DNA of 64,000 bases from an uncultured Clostridia bacterium (lineage in GTDB: Bacteria > Bacillota > Clostridia > Christensenellales > UBA1242). How positions within the stretch are numbered: position 1 is the stretch's first letter; each line of letters begins with the position of its first letter. Below are positions 31,401 through 35,500 of this stretch, piece by piece. The DNA is taken from positions 5,376 through 69,375 of the forward strand of contig CALEWH010000022.1 of the NCBI GenBank assembly GCA_937925475.1, given 5' to 3'. The position numbers and the translations under genes are program-made. The notes under the pieces were generated by a model. It was not told the DNA's origin and ran no database searches. It was given only the letters and a program-made list of their open reading frames with translations.

Positions 31401-32024
31401 GTTTGCAAGAACTGTAATGTAGTTTCCGTCAATAAGGATTTGATCAGCACTTGCCTCAACTCCACCAATATACGCTTTTAGACTCACATCTTTTTGAGTT
31501 GTGTTTGATGGGGTGTATGTTATGCGGTCATATATTTGAGTCGACACTCCGTCAAACTTTGATGTTATGTCGGTCTTTACTCCACGCTCGATAGGCAATT
31601 CGGTCATTGCAAATTCCATAGCTTTTACAGGGATCTCAACATTGACCACAACACGCGCTCTTTTTCCGCCTTCCAAAGTCAAAACATCAATGTAAGAAGT
31701 TCCGCCATTTTGATTTGCTACAAAGGTGGCTGTTGTACTACTTCCGCTTACCTTGATGTAGTCATTGCTCACAGGCGACACTACACTATTGTCACCAATG
31801 ACAAATCTGACATCCTTGCTCACTTTTTTGCCCACGCCCGAAACAGTCGCAGTGATAGAAAAAGTATTGTCACTCTCATCATCAAGTGTGACATTCACTT
31901 CGCTTTTGTCAAGGCTCAAACGCATCTTTTTGTAAGGGTCTTTCGCACAGGCAGAAAATACTGTTACTGCACCAAAAAACATCACCAAAAATGCTAGCAA
32001 TCTTTTAAACAAGTTTTTTCCCAT
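10494..32024 (-). CDS. Giant surface lipoprotein (7,176 aa): Ig-like (Big_2-like) domains plus seven 'head + GLUG/beta-helix' cassettes; putative adhesin/fibril
   Basis: A 21,531-nt frame stays open in AT-rich DNA. The N-terminus carries a signal peptide with a lipobox (MGKNLFKRLLAFLVMFFGAVTVFSA|C). It has its own promoter, SD (AAGGTG) and terminator. There are dozens of GG[ILV][AVI]G-centred GLUG-like repeats (e.g. NYVGGIAGYNYG, NNVGGLIGRYND). Recurrent heads match NP[FY].I......L........Y.L..DI.L...W.PIG....F.G.F.GNG.TI. Big_2-like segments are present (e.g. SSSDDRIVKVVKHNGEYKLVTLGVGSAIITITS). Confidence 0.9.
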   Translation of the reverse strand: MGKNLFKRLLAFLVMFFGAVTVFSACAKDPYKKMRLSLDKSEVNVTLDDESDNTFSITATVSGVGKKVSKDVRFVIGDNSVVSPVSNDYIKVSGSSTTATFVANQNGGTSYIDVLTLEGGKRARVVVNVEIPVKAMEFAMTELPIERGVKTDITSKFDGVSTQIYDRITYTPSNTTQKDVSLKAYIGGVEASADQILIDGNYITVLANIDSFALQATNSANSALTAQVQCKVLDTIDLENIKLVSVAGTEAGAESEDLTITYENGNKVYNVNLANNGTENSRKEISPVLISDGEFENLYTFNYVKTDKVRPFRVGEGTNSFVVDQGYGHNSDTVLVKVNYKDYEHLFAPKYMTVRVNVSTFPDTIMFTDGAKHIEEVKVYRNYANSVEGATAVLNILYGESVIGGQSVRLSVDANGTEITNGIKLWYYSGGVKHDIDANTLVKHGTKVYISYDYNALGNFVNSNIKLIATSTVNETVGELSLSLVKGIVAPNLANLSNNTLSIENGQAFELGLTESEGTYLVLGDASVALSECTVRLQKGNGDIVSAEYDTDKNVWVIATKGVVGTTKCEITTPNGCKTQFDIVVYEKYTADTLAFRIGNKFYSLADDDENPVPYDLTMPSSSSFAIKIVKLLDGATIDEFGVIDGKYEILQSMPTNLSFSDVKVDGNVVVVDYNDPLIVRSSRNTGVANVDYVLLSQSYDGSAPTKLYINFEITVEARLNDFVVKNDDGQVVRSFSIITRNSLNSHIGHADLIYAKLTAFAYPENIELSYENLEFEIRYQDYMVVLSGVENKDAGSYSYASESKDFNGKLSFEITVQIKDNNQIEMLFQSERLDGDNSANITVTLVYKQKFVDLNGDYMTLSNRNTNISGTISNSIKTSKVNFEKDKIDINVNQLNLDGNGKVQDEERAKTSVAFTIYAGGGRPASAITVKGFYLFYTDNANAEHTLGTAVLDGDGKVVPNNYLICDNSIKVIVDEENNRVNIEILKWTDNLNNVVLYLVPKDLAFDDGNGNLIFTNKNGSHIASDSISGKLGINFCDGTEDNPYIIKDAYDLQFVNNALNSYYKIVNNIILNESGNWTPIGKNSDQPFNGHIITENDQTFVITGLRINKEVEWSDVKASGETKSYTDSNNNTIKSIGYVAYYGLFGYIGETAEISNIRLENVQIDILYNGDRIPGTTNEQKYFDVYLGAFAGLNLGKLTNITVIDDTVRGYDTLKGNVLDTLVQSDENDNKHNSIAYQLTGIVEAQSNHAYIGGVVGVNGGYISDLQVNIALFVRDKQEDPTLNGITTTFVGGVAGVNIASNLGCDGSGTIDHADVYSLINATLVDSTYKGMIRNDDSVVGGVVGLNESSAFSENTSSGSGTNTNYYLSKITNITCKTIIIANNYVGGIAGYNYGLIDEITVIPHIIANDYVGGIAGVSANLSTNSASNVSVTNKYILNNRLSLNGNGALADTTANSNYSRGTIYHSKVQFVDSLDEISFFNSSIIARNYVGGIAGYVLENNVQNITMSNVIAVSSATLTSTSGDVVVATIGYSSVNSYFVVSSSSIETKRQSIASIDSDEYKYIDQLYMSFDHKNNMGQIDFDKTLVRDNSGVYYGDIILLKPLVVSSTDKNTYVGGIVGLSDGYADTNKNPIEGFGGALLNVYFNATITNTYSEKDGQDLVGTAIIGGVVGKANGLLFVFNANVLGQTKNATKVGGFVGDSSALLDRLNLEGRLPYKKNADGYYVKSDDVNKGYSGVFNINNSYTLLKSDGQYVQNFAYVGEVVEKKTTAGNLGDIGQVSSVKYNVTNSGLGYQNNDNYYYVERKATNVVVNYYDNDTVRTVSSNNPIEKRHILNHLRSEKIVIQARENGSLLYKDSAEAPSYSEDATGRVDADILKFEGATSYYKKQIDVNGTVSYVLVEANAYSPLYVASADKANMPKYYTAAEVKANGEDVNTTLAGVGVLKYRATEYYRATNVDTENYFADNTGNTSVTVYTGELLYVEQVPVYSSVEAYVYKNGVYNGGNEFYFYNDYIYSSTGKTVSGINSAYETVSGILFDRGESKTKTVLARESTYIDYKVGNDVYDNITISNNKIYLGSADTTGTDFDDKNMYHNLIKYVVDGTVPQDNTTLGEAVVTFKYTRLTASNSYYVGFKTDRYNDAGNMTEIEFAETGVNSSDYYSGNYHYTNINYSDLTFENYGSNDSLAGWYIMYVGQTERAFTIPEYETKSALIKGEGFVNPRDYIQGYVSAEGDSLLSTYAYKLYEGSGDTGLGATNPNGEFLYRNADINHGVPLSFGHSMDYDHNSTLDLIIDLAPETLSASEKENTIYKVDNVVKTGDNIEKDTSTSRPVSLMLDWDSASSNDASNTYTLIGANSIVDVAVLPKFVGNGSLQVSSSDDRIVKVVKHNGEYKLVTLGVGSAIITITSSLNNSLSCDIVVMVKEAVNTLVYNYTTTNGVESIGSNANVLKNNSSIFGLLGKNGEKSVVLQNIWLEYKITDATGTDATSVVIDGKTYSTANAICLEGASHNFKITTDLNVEVRPFYLYSVNYKDTNYLYRKYVDALTGTSAITDNYKKYSVTQTSYAYNIYAPNNISSGIASMSSFEIIVRSNDEILVPVTMDFGYKANGETVNESYKITSTLNAGKYTSKFVKNNQETDSIKVNNLTFVIVETNYNSTRNEHTIKFVAYVDPSDYEYVTSKTTFDITCSIDMTADNVERKDKFSYTILPFQVENVRLSHYTKFFLNDNIGDVDYQQEYKSYKYASTKIVPGYNSLLQADITPSYGKFDYVTAEIEGTPDSVISQVVESQAYQNDISGVSVYYNYPFFETINNASNMIKVVNKYSAYNDINSVDPTTRNPYDENDKNNFVWNGSLLFALSLDSKYSDSSVRVVIKGYAIEDGGDTLQFEQSITLDVVGVPQLAITWDNSASDCYSTTNAEKTEATLNIGGTLPINIIAQNYDKFEEWTVENVLGDVKQTLSGKYEFVLDKITTVDKYTAYVNKQISITATVSRVIDGVSYLSSSTIKVQIVDFLVKNLTFVDATSGTNEDMLSIYYNERKDIKISVDALYNKSALDELGITERVENDITALGETLTSGHTEKDGTYKAKYLWRNKKHENYLISTGDYSRSGGYIIGGIVGSNEKFKNFTIKIAGSSVSDKFVTEAMFDYTQSGVQIFDNHNVASMLGVLKTKTLVVNVMQLSADNNPFPIKSINDLKNMVAGESYILLNDLVLSKWTPIPALFKSFDGNGYTITITSFGEVAGLTNIGLFSEIGSDEDLGYYTTVKNLTIDICPVVEDANENLSIDNTGVLEVSIQNTEGVNAGILAGTNYGIITNVNIINNAMFVRKNREESLKNVNEYSPIVTEDFSRYFTSNGEGKVNINEDNHVDTFSIVIDDTKETLGLRVGGMVGLNSASGYITNSSVERINVKGIDYVAGFVAQNSGYISSSYFKAGSVISNDKQTKANSSTAGFVASHESGKIQFCYVLGDETVDVYDKNNQNNNLTTYIDKSTNMLVINANSPEYNVNDKKTGQIKIDLSEYAGYQLYKLGHDKELYKKFTSLRALGSAVYTNSYASGFVGINKATVSNCYANILISGTNGAGFAYDNSGSIESSYSMSSIINENTNYYPFVATKTSVDKSFYMYIAASDSVDSIGEVSVKDSFSKATDDVATSLYAGAFSDYNTFTSWGFNSDYAKNINIEDGVWFIPNEKTTTTAGYKDHLKQSTYTANRPELITANMRTISLRYYVSKKNEEGKDIYSYNTVNNWKIECDIDNQELVNTSYSVDISTGSINNPLHVATAEDYNINLGINDESKTDERPSVVRMIHDIAFDQIQTANTFSTVFVGNFEGNGLTIDQLRISADDINANDTIKYLGLFKAIRKVTEKINGTNVTKIGTVRNLNINIEEINGSNINFVGVLAGVIDGGKVYNINISGKDKSIKVEGLNAVGGLAGLIVGEADVVNVTSNISVQANSINKFNTFSSKNPNKANTDFKMFVSPFEDDKKAYLSSAEGTADKLASAIENISYVGGIAGIIDVDVNPTIDTNSGNQSIDFVDRIRQCYVGQSISLSGEVVGGIAGYIGAKSNVTNSEFVVGDTTEINALRVGGAIVGHNEGRINRVEVKYQNQSEIDAKFYKSDDVSKNNSDYYNTLDNPSSNDAVYTLQVKNDLFTGNAHYIGGIVGANIGGSIENSYSRVNVINENSAYAGGVIGLNAGGKLDSIYTTGSVYGFFGTGGIIGIEPAIYDNNGKKFEDASSAVGENSTFSYISNSTALIDALLKREGIKTTYSNIVGANIWRRVDLNPTRSQYYPTQSNSWVGMFVGYMSSTGLITQNTIASRKIYEDTFFKATYKYLQPNVLLDEIGNLNQNETSFGADGSELNIFVDQEEEYVSMISGDYSTGDYTYRYSRLRYYGSLRTLNELVGRGYNLADANAVWKRITSEDGDEGTINNIITTRVYYGWDTFNWNGTLLNATGEIINEVQGVRDVFPSIVNNLKPKLVNVYTEDDLKKMGTYLDATFVLQNDINLTSVWMPVGTENKPFTGKLYSAQNQQYSINTLTIDDSNNDYFGFVRVADGAEFRNFNLNSSSIKCNTSEANNAIENNFTKAGAIFIGYAKNCDIHDINLGFTNASSQVYINNTTYVGGAIGLAGNTGDSYVSNKIYGITLEGKSTTFTASMYKDKDNNYEFAFGGIVGKNYAESGKKLNSLEVESLQIKINKNNHQNNNVGFTSSSLSIGGVIGWNEAKSKYSTVETITTSDVFIDATTPTITNRSTYVGGAVGYTSNVDYTNVTASGQIKFESSNSINGGTSSNNIGGVFGYVALSKLKWLDSSQTITYNGNVAKDNICIGGLAGSIDSVTIEKNDETTTTTTSTTTTANTINTSTSSIDVKMREYSTLYAGGAIGKAESSNIKDVEINRYIGSGETLEKLDIIKIADTNGSSTNKTVLYAGGLVGYAKDTSVATSKVIGNINHSKDSGTITTNIDSGYESYMGGAIGYACAVTSQTITSQDGSSQIVTSQTVSQVSADVDIIDDRFVGSVKTFAYGGLIGFAQNIKITSSYAVGKIYSAQHIMCIDQSDTNLGGLIGVYNHTTKDPHSTKDPHSIENCYSAVEFVLPNSDDEDGEILITLYSYNFFENTQKGGLIGVYNNQSGGDDITISNALYVKEFVPFSNGYGTVISASGLKNKFGTPTGFEQGEINDFFPRLSTVESGKSTNISGSGQNPLTTSESLIKSGNTVYLEDKQSFVNSIEVEKRASLVLLGNATSAVTTIINNGTIYGGAISGDPTTITNNGSIIGLHTMDAHCKIDSSTNLIKTNNNIVLKSTSKGFAYASMFSFNDTNIYLKDMANCVIVGDSYSNLSDYDKNNLTVLQSTLNYHTTKGNFDLVQASNVDNFDGLSLDINKYWSQITNKNNSALVPSWMYKVHYFDNEYASDYSWIAQGTAVTENNNTYTITTPEQLAWVAYQVNSEKEGNNFEGKTIKLANDIDLSGKLWTPIGTQTSPFKGTFEGNGHTISNMSVVGNENNGLFGVVEGVNIKNLLISNAQVASGVYANTAILIGSTNGNSTTTVTISKVGIENSHVCGGNTAGFVGNAKSGAKIDISNAYAVMGITAGEMKHYNEADRRKFYFVVNNNSNYSNSINNVYFAEIKYAGNGYALASSTYNPKDTAERYGYTMLSYNGGDYPENAYIVNDNANMCPGYSGKNKKISEMQTQTNALFGTDWGSVWNRIEGKNYSLPRLTFSQEYWIDEGAKASNAVSPKEVDGKIIYTINTPGQLAWVAYQVNEEGNSFKGKTIVLAKTIDLSGKLWTPIGVRYNNRSFKGSFESAGTDNYINNMICYGAYSTNRSALMSENITADYAKGYDAQYGGLFGLVQDAPTMKVDAINDYIVDRTINSGAFIAKYIMSSISNSNATILVSNLGSDSSKYIVNGANNAGGIVGTIENNTSRYVEITHTDIVNANVSATTCAGGIVGNAKNTRIINSSIGTSGGNVKINGKNAGGAVGQAENVEINNVIVKNIAVYGTSNAGGIVGHAENNCVIFDSSVSSSTIIGSDTTEGCYAGGIVGHAENSILSALKVDEGTTIGGATTGGIAGYINKSSILQNATIENTEINASYCCGGIVGNVSDSTISEVSFVNESSAVVNSSNIKKWGLVCGTYYHSDFYNFYFRINSGDVDISTYSENNCKKYIFGAELSGNNKYCMINIVYIYKTGSLQSINCKMINELSMSTSSAWEKYSETGTINSLAYQLYYYKLVQNNISILKSNYRLEDADYLIEHYNASANGVMVIDETNVVITPYSLKNFDVYEPRGLQYVADYWTYRHVDQELSIILKDNITLGDTYTPIGSSSFKFKGTIQGDGVKTIQFNKKYTINQDYVGLIGYAEKLIAKNLKISQKDGQSQGYGLHGNLYVGALVGAIRPSSTVSCRIENVTSYIDVSGTNYVGGLIGRAELGSSTLLMINCNVLTYVDSDGVTINGTTISSVSGTNYVGGIVGYATTNTKDNIEIRGTSDNPFVVQKQISGSAYLGGVVGYGVNVKIRFGEVKSIRNNKTGAKPHTIITNINSVNEDANLGGVAGYADLMKIENISLIGITIESVRTPYYDKIGGIAGTAIKTSIESCKITQTTYIQNNNTFTFMSKIRGRSNVGGIIGYTTQTNNQRGTISDNCVVNNCIVEYCVIDATTNNVGGLIGRYNDTTKYETTPSDVNLTNITSNIVSNSTIKGSEYIGGLIGKFDINNYLTGKYKCTMGCMTKVSLKVDINEIHAWGCDKVFHAEVATPKFIMASSSEQVNQVNNVTLESVKKYDQDEGWFGKYDSDGKLSADNRWASKSEYSVVTTSIKNAKNMAMGKRASNYSFATVNYGPINWANQYKAGYARSFSISNVNKYNTWFGPTSGTSQTYDEANTDPNNDASGINNNYGIFLSTFGVSSVTTYNNADETGARSVPDLSSYNNINNFFSSARGYNGSLLKAYIGTLYGYDNIQDNVSLVNSSRVSNVLLDRFTHWAYMEEKLGDREWTYGALVIEWSYYVDKTQRIPTYQSFMNDVEKQFGENGYDRISVGFSYNLVHITNGTRPYIDLLSREVRSVNVLLTNVKDLLCNKDIQKSHTNFMHMGLISEFINAVHTKNTSRESYYTGNNWVDTNLERYVWNDVKYVTTIDGTSVIEVKEGGTYKRFKKVSALTYCLVDNEFQLRIKIAGKQ
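14650..15735 (-). repeat. Internal tandem duplication of a cassette head (period 942 nt = 314 codons)
   Basis: 14650-14790 and 15596-15735 align at about 80% nucleotide identity by eye. They encode ...T[PG/PE]QLAWVAYQVN...GKTI.LA..IDLSGKLWTPIG...FKG[ST]FE... TTTACTTGATATGC begins at 14743 and at 15685. Confidence 0.8.
16775..16810 (-). repeat. Perfect in-frame 18-bp tandem duplication (TKDPHS x2)
   Basis: The plus-strand unit TTGAGTGAGGATCTTTTG occurs at 16775-16792 and again at 16793-16810. The protein reads ...HTTKDPHSTKDPHSIENC... Confidence 0.9.
31947..32024 (-). other. Lipoprotein signal peptide of the 7,176-aa protein
   Basis: K/R-rich N-terminus, hydrophobic core and lipobox VFSA-C. 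The Cys26 codon is TGT at 31949-31947. Confidence 0.75.
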
Positions 32025-32098
32025 CTTTCACCTTATCTTATGTTTTGTGTATTTGACTTTTTTAGTCACGAAAACCAAGATTATATAAAATATAATTT

Positions 32099-32128
32099 AT
32101 TATATAAATAAAGCCCCCGCTCTGTCAA
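32099..32128 (-). promoter_or_regulatory. sigma-A-type promoter of the 7,176-codon gene
   Basis: Minus strand: TTGACA (32128-32123), 18-nt spacer, TATAAT (32104-32099). The -35 is embedded in TGTATTTGTTTGAC, the same 14-mer found at the promoter of the other giant gene. Confidence 0.6.
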
Positions 32129-32160
32129 ACAAATACAAGTATATATTATATAAATATATA

Positions 32161-32470
32161 TCGCACACGCATATCACACGCACACTTGCACACTCGCACC
32201 TGCTCCCCTACGCGCGCACCTATCCACACCCACATTCACTCCCTACTTTCACTACAATACGACCACTCGCATTCCCCATTTTCACCTTATTTTCTTACTC
32301 AAAAAATCTCATCACAATCCACTCCCCCAAACACACTAGACACACCACCAAAGTCACAATATCTAATTAAAAAAAATAAATCAAACACATCTTAAAAAAG
32401 CATCTCTCGCGCCCGCTATCAAACTCATCACAACTTAACCCGACCCCTGTCACAAAAACCAAAAATAAGT
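32161..32470. other. Non-coding spacer with extreme strand asymmetry (plus strand C/A-rich and almost G-free)
   Basis: My hand count over 310 nt gives about 115 C against about 21 G on the plus strand. There are CACAC/CACTC/CCCC runs (cgcacacgcatatcacacgcacac..., cactccc, cattcccc, cactccccc). The spacer lies between the terminator of the upstream giant gene and the promoter of the downstream one. Confidence 0.8.
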
Positions 32471-32484
32471 TATTATTTCATAAC

Positions 32485-32514
32485 AAAAAAGACCCGCATT
32501 CCGCGAATCTTTTT
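32485..32514 (-). terminator. Rho-independent terminator of the 6,249-codon gene (minus-strand specific)
   Basis: Minus-strand RNA forms GAUUCGC-GGAAU-GCGGGUC (7 bp, two of them G:U) followed by U6. On the plus strand the same positions are C:A mismatches. It lies about 20 nt after the TGA at 32536-32534. Confidence 0.7.
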
Positions 32515-32533
32515 GTGTGTACAAATCAAACTA

Positions 32534-35500
32534 TCATTTATACAAATTACGCTCATTTGTCGATTTAGTTGTATACCAACTTAATATAGTAGAAAAGGTT
32601 GACCTAAATGAATTATTTGCTTGGTCTTTTGTATTTAATGCTTGATAGAAGTTCTTAATTATTCCACAACTCGAATCTCTATATAATACAAAACTATATA
32701 TATCCCCACTAAATATACCCTTATTTATCTCGTATACATCGCCAAGATCAAATGCATTACTATTATAGTTTTCATTCTTCTCACTCCAAAAGAAGCAATC
32801 CTTACTATAGTTTAAATTAGTAGAAACATAGATATCTAAATGATTTTTTATATTATGAATTTCAGAATCCTTCCAATAATGCTTAATAAAGTCTTCACCG
32901 TCGATTTCCCCAAATTGTTGACCTACTAAGTCATAAGAATTTGCATAGATATTATACTCTATTACCATAATTCCACTATTTTCCCAACTACCATACTCTA
33001 TACTCGAATAAAATCTTTGAGCATATCTATTTATCAAATATTTTTGATTTTTGTAATTAGATGATAAGCCATAAATTTGATCTATTGTTTTTCCAACCAT
33101 TTTATCTGTTGAATTATACAATCCGCCAAATACAAATCCTGAAAGAGATTTGAAATTTTGAAGTTTCAACATATCTGCAGTACGCCACCAAATGTCATTA
33201 TTTAAATCATAACTCTTTAAATTACTATAAAACAATGAATCATCGTGTGCCCAACCTTTATGTACTTGGAATGGATTTCCACTTTTCCACAATTCCATCA
33301 AAGATTTTTTTACTGTGGTTTGAGTTCGATTGTTAAATGATTCATCAGTTTTAGAATAACCATCATAATCAGTAGAATAAGGACCATACCACATACCTTT
33401 CCAATTTTTAATGTCTTCATTTAGATATCCGACCGAATATCCTATTGGAGAGTCAAAATTTTTATTATATCCAAAGAAATTAGTTTGCACATCGTTTAGT
33501 TTTAGCGAACCAAATCTCAATCCATCAACCACCCAACTATATTTATACTTTATTTTATTTGTCCATTCATCAGATGTGTAGACACCAGCTTCAATAGTAT
33601 TACCCTTTGGATCAGTTATATCTGAATTTAGATGATATTTATATGCTACTTCACTATTAATTACAACATTATTAAATGCTATATGATTACTGCTGTAAGC
33701 ATAACCCGCTACACCGCCTGCATAGTAAGAACTTTTTACATTTTTGATGTTATTAGTTACATTTTCTATGTACAACTCGATTCCTAAATCTTTACCATAT
33801 TCTACATATCCTAGACTGCCAATTAATCCACCAGCAGATGACTTGAAGTTTGAACTACCTTCACATTCTACAACATCTCCAGCAAGCGAACAGTTATAAA
33901 TCTCAACTTTACCTCCACTAATATGGCCGATTATACCACCAGCATATTTTGTTCCGCTTATTTTTTGTCCATTTTCTATATTTACTTCACAATATTTAAT
34001 AACCGCATCACCTGAAACGATACCAACTACACCACCAGCAGTTTCACCTGTTATACTTTTTCCATTGTATGTGAATGTACTGTTATCTGTAAAACCTATA
34101 TTACCCTTTTTTAGTGTACCTACAATACCACCTGTAATACCTTCCGAAACAAGCTCTCCAAGGTTTTGACAAAATTTTAATGTATAAGGATTTTTAGTAT
34201 CATCAATAACACCTACTATACCACCCAACGAAATATAATTCTTGATTTCATCTTCAGTTTTATCAGTTTTATCAGTATTTATTAGAATTGAAATGTCTGT
34301 GACATTAATACAACTTTCTATTGATGAGTTAATGGATTTGCCTATTATACCACCAACATATTTGGTACCACCACCCGACTCACCTTTAATTTCGTATATT
34401 ATACCAGACTCATAGGTAGTTTTACCTGAAGTAGTAACACTATAACCAGAGATTACACTTTGGAAACTACTATTTTCAGCAAGTCCAACCAGCCCCATAT
34501 TTCCATTTGAAATTTTAGCAGTTATCGAACTGTTGTCTATGATACTAGCACCACCCATTACTTTACAATTATCCATCACTCCAGCAATAAGCCCTATGTT
34601 TGTTCCTGTTACCACTAGGCTTGATGATGAAATAGTGTAATATTCAATGGTGTAATTTGTAAGCCTACCTGCAAACAAACCTACATTTGCAGAAGCATCA
34701 TTATTTTCTATTTCGCAGTTTTCAAAACTAATACCACTCAACACACGATTAGTATTAGGTGTGGAAGTTATGTTACCCAACAATATTGAGTTCTTTGTTG
34801 TTTTAAAACTTCTAATAGTTAACGCATATATATTTGGATTTAAGCTAAACAAGATATTTGAATTACTATCTTTACCACCAATAATTGCATAGTCATTGCC
34901 ATAGAATGTACCTGACAAGTTTGCCGAAGTGTACATATCAGCTTTATAACCCATATACAAATCATTTAGCAAGACATAGTTATTTCTATCACTCACACTG
35001 CCATCATTAGCAATTTCATTGAAATCTCTGATATTAAAGACTGGATATATATTTGACTCATCTGCAAAATATGTTATTGTTCCATCTTCCGACCTAGAAA
35101 TCATTGTCGAAACAACTATGCCACCATTGATATAGTATCTATGGAAATTATAGTTTTTGCCAGTATTTATTACAAAAACATAATATGCAGTTTCTTCTCC
35201 ATTTGCATTTACTTCTTTCTTTATATTTGCAGTTTCAAAACTCGAATTTTGTGTTTTATTATCTTCAAAATACATCGAAAGTGGATCGGAGTATGTATTA
35301 GTGATCTGTCCATTGCCTTCAAATGCAACATTTCGATTTGAAATGCTTTTACTATACAGAGTACCTTCAAATGCACAGAAATCTATTTTACCTGCGTTAC
35401 TGTACGCAATACCACCAGAATTGATTTTAAGCTTATTATCAATATTGTTATAATAAGCCTTGCCTGTATCATCAAATCTAAGACCTGTTATCATTGACGA

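Noticed and set aside
32005-32024. Homopolymer-based phase variation at the 5' ends of the giant genes (also 51265..51283)
   Set aside because: The A-tracts after both ATGs are only 6 nt long. I saw no long homopolymer, no short-unit out-of-frame repeat, and no inverted repeats bracketing the promoters.
32099-32156. 12-bp direct repeat ATTATATAAATA (32099-32110 and 32145-32156) flanking the -35 of the giant-gene promoter as a recombination or inversion site
   Set aside because: It is a direct rather than inverted repeat of pure TA-rich sequence, and is likely to recur by chance in an AT-rich promoter region.
32186-32395. 69-aa plus-strand ORF (His/Thr/Pro/Ser-rich) in the spacer between the giant genes
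   Set aside because: It is a by-product of the G-free composition. Few stop codons are possible, it has no SD or promoter, and its sequence is low-complexity.
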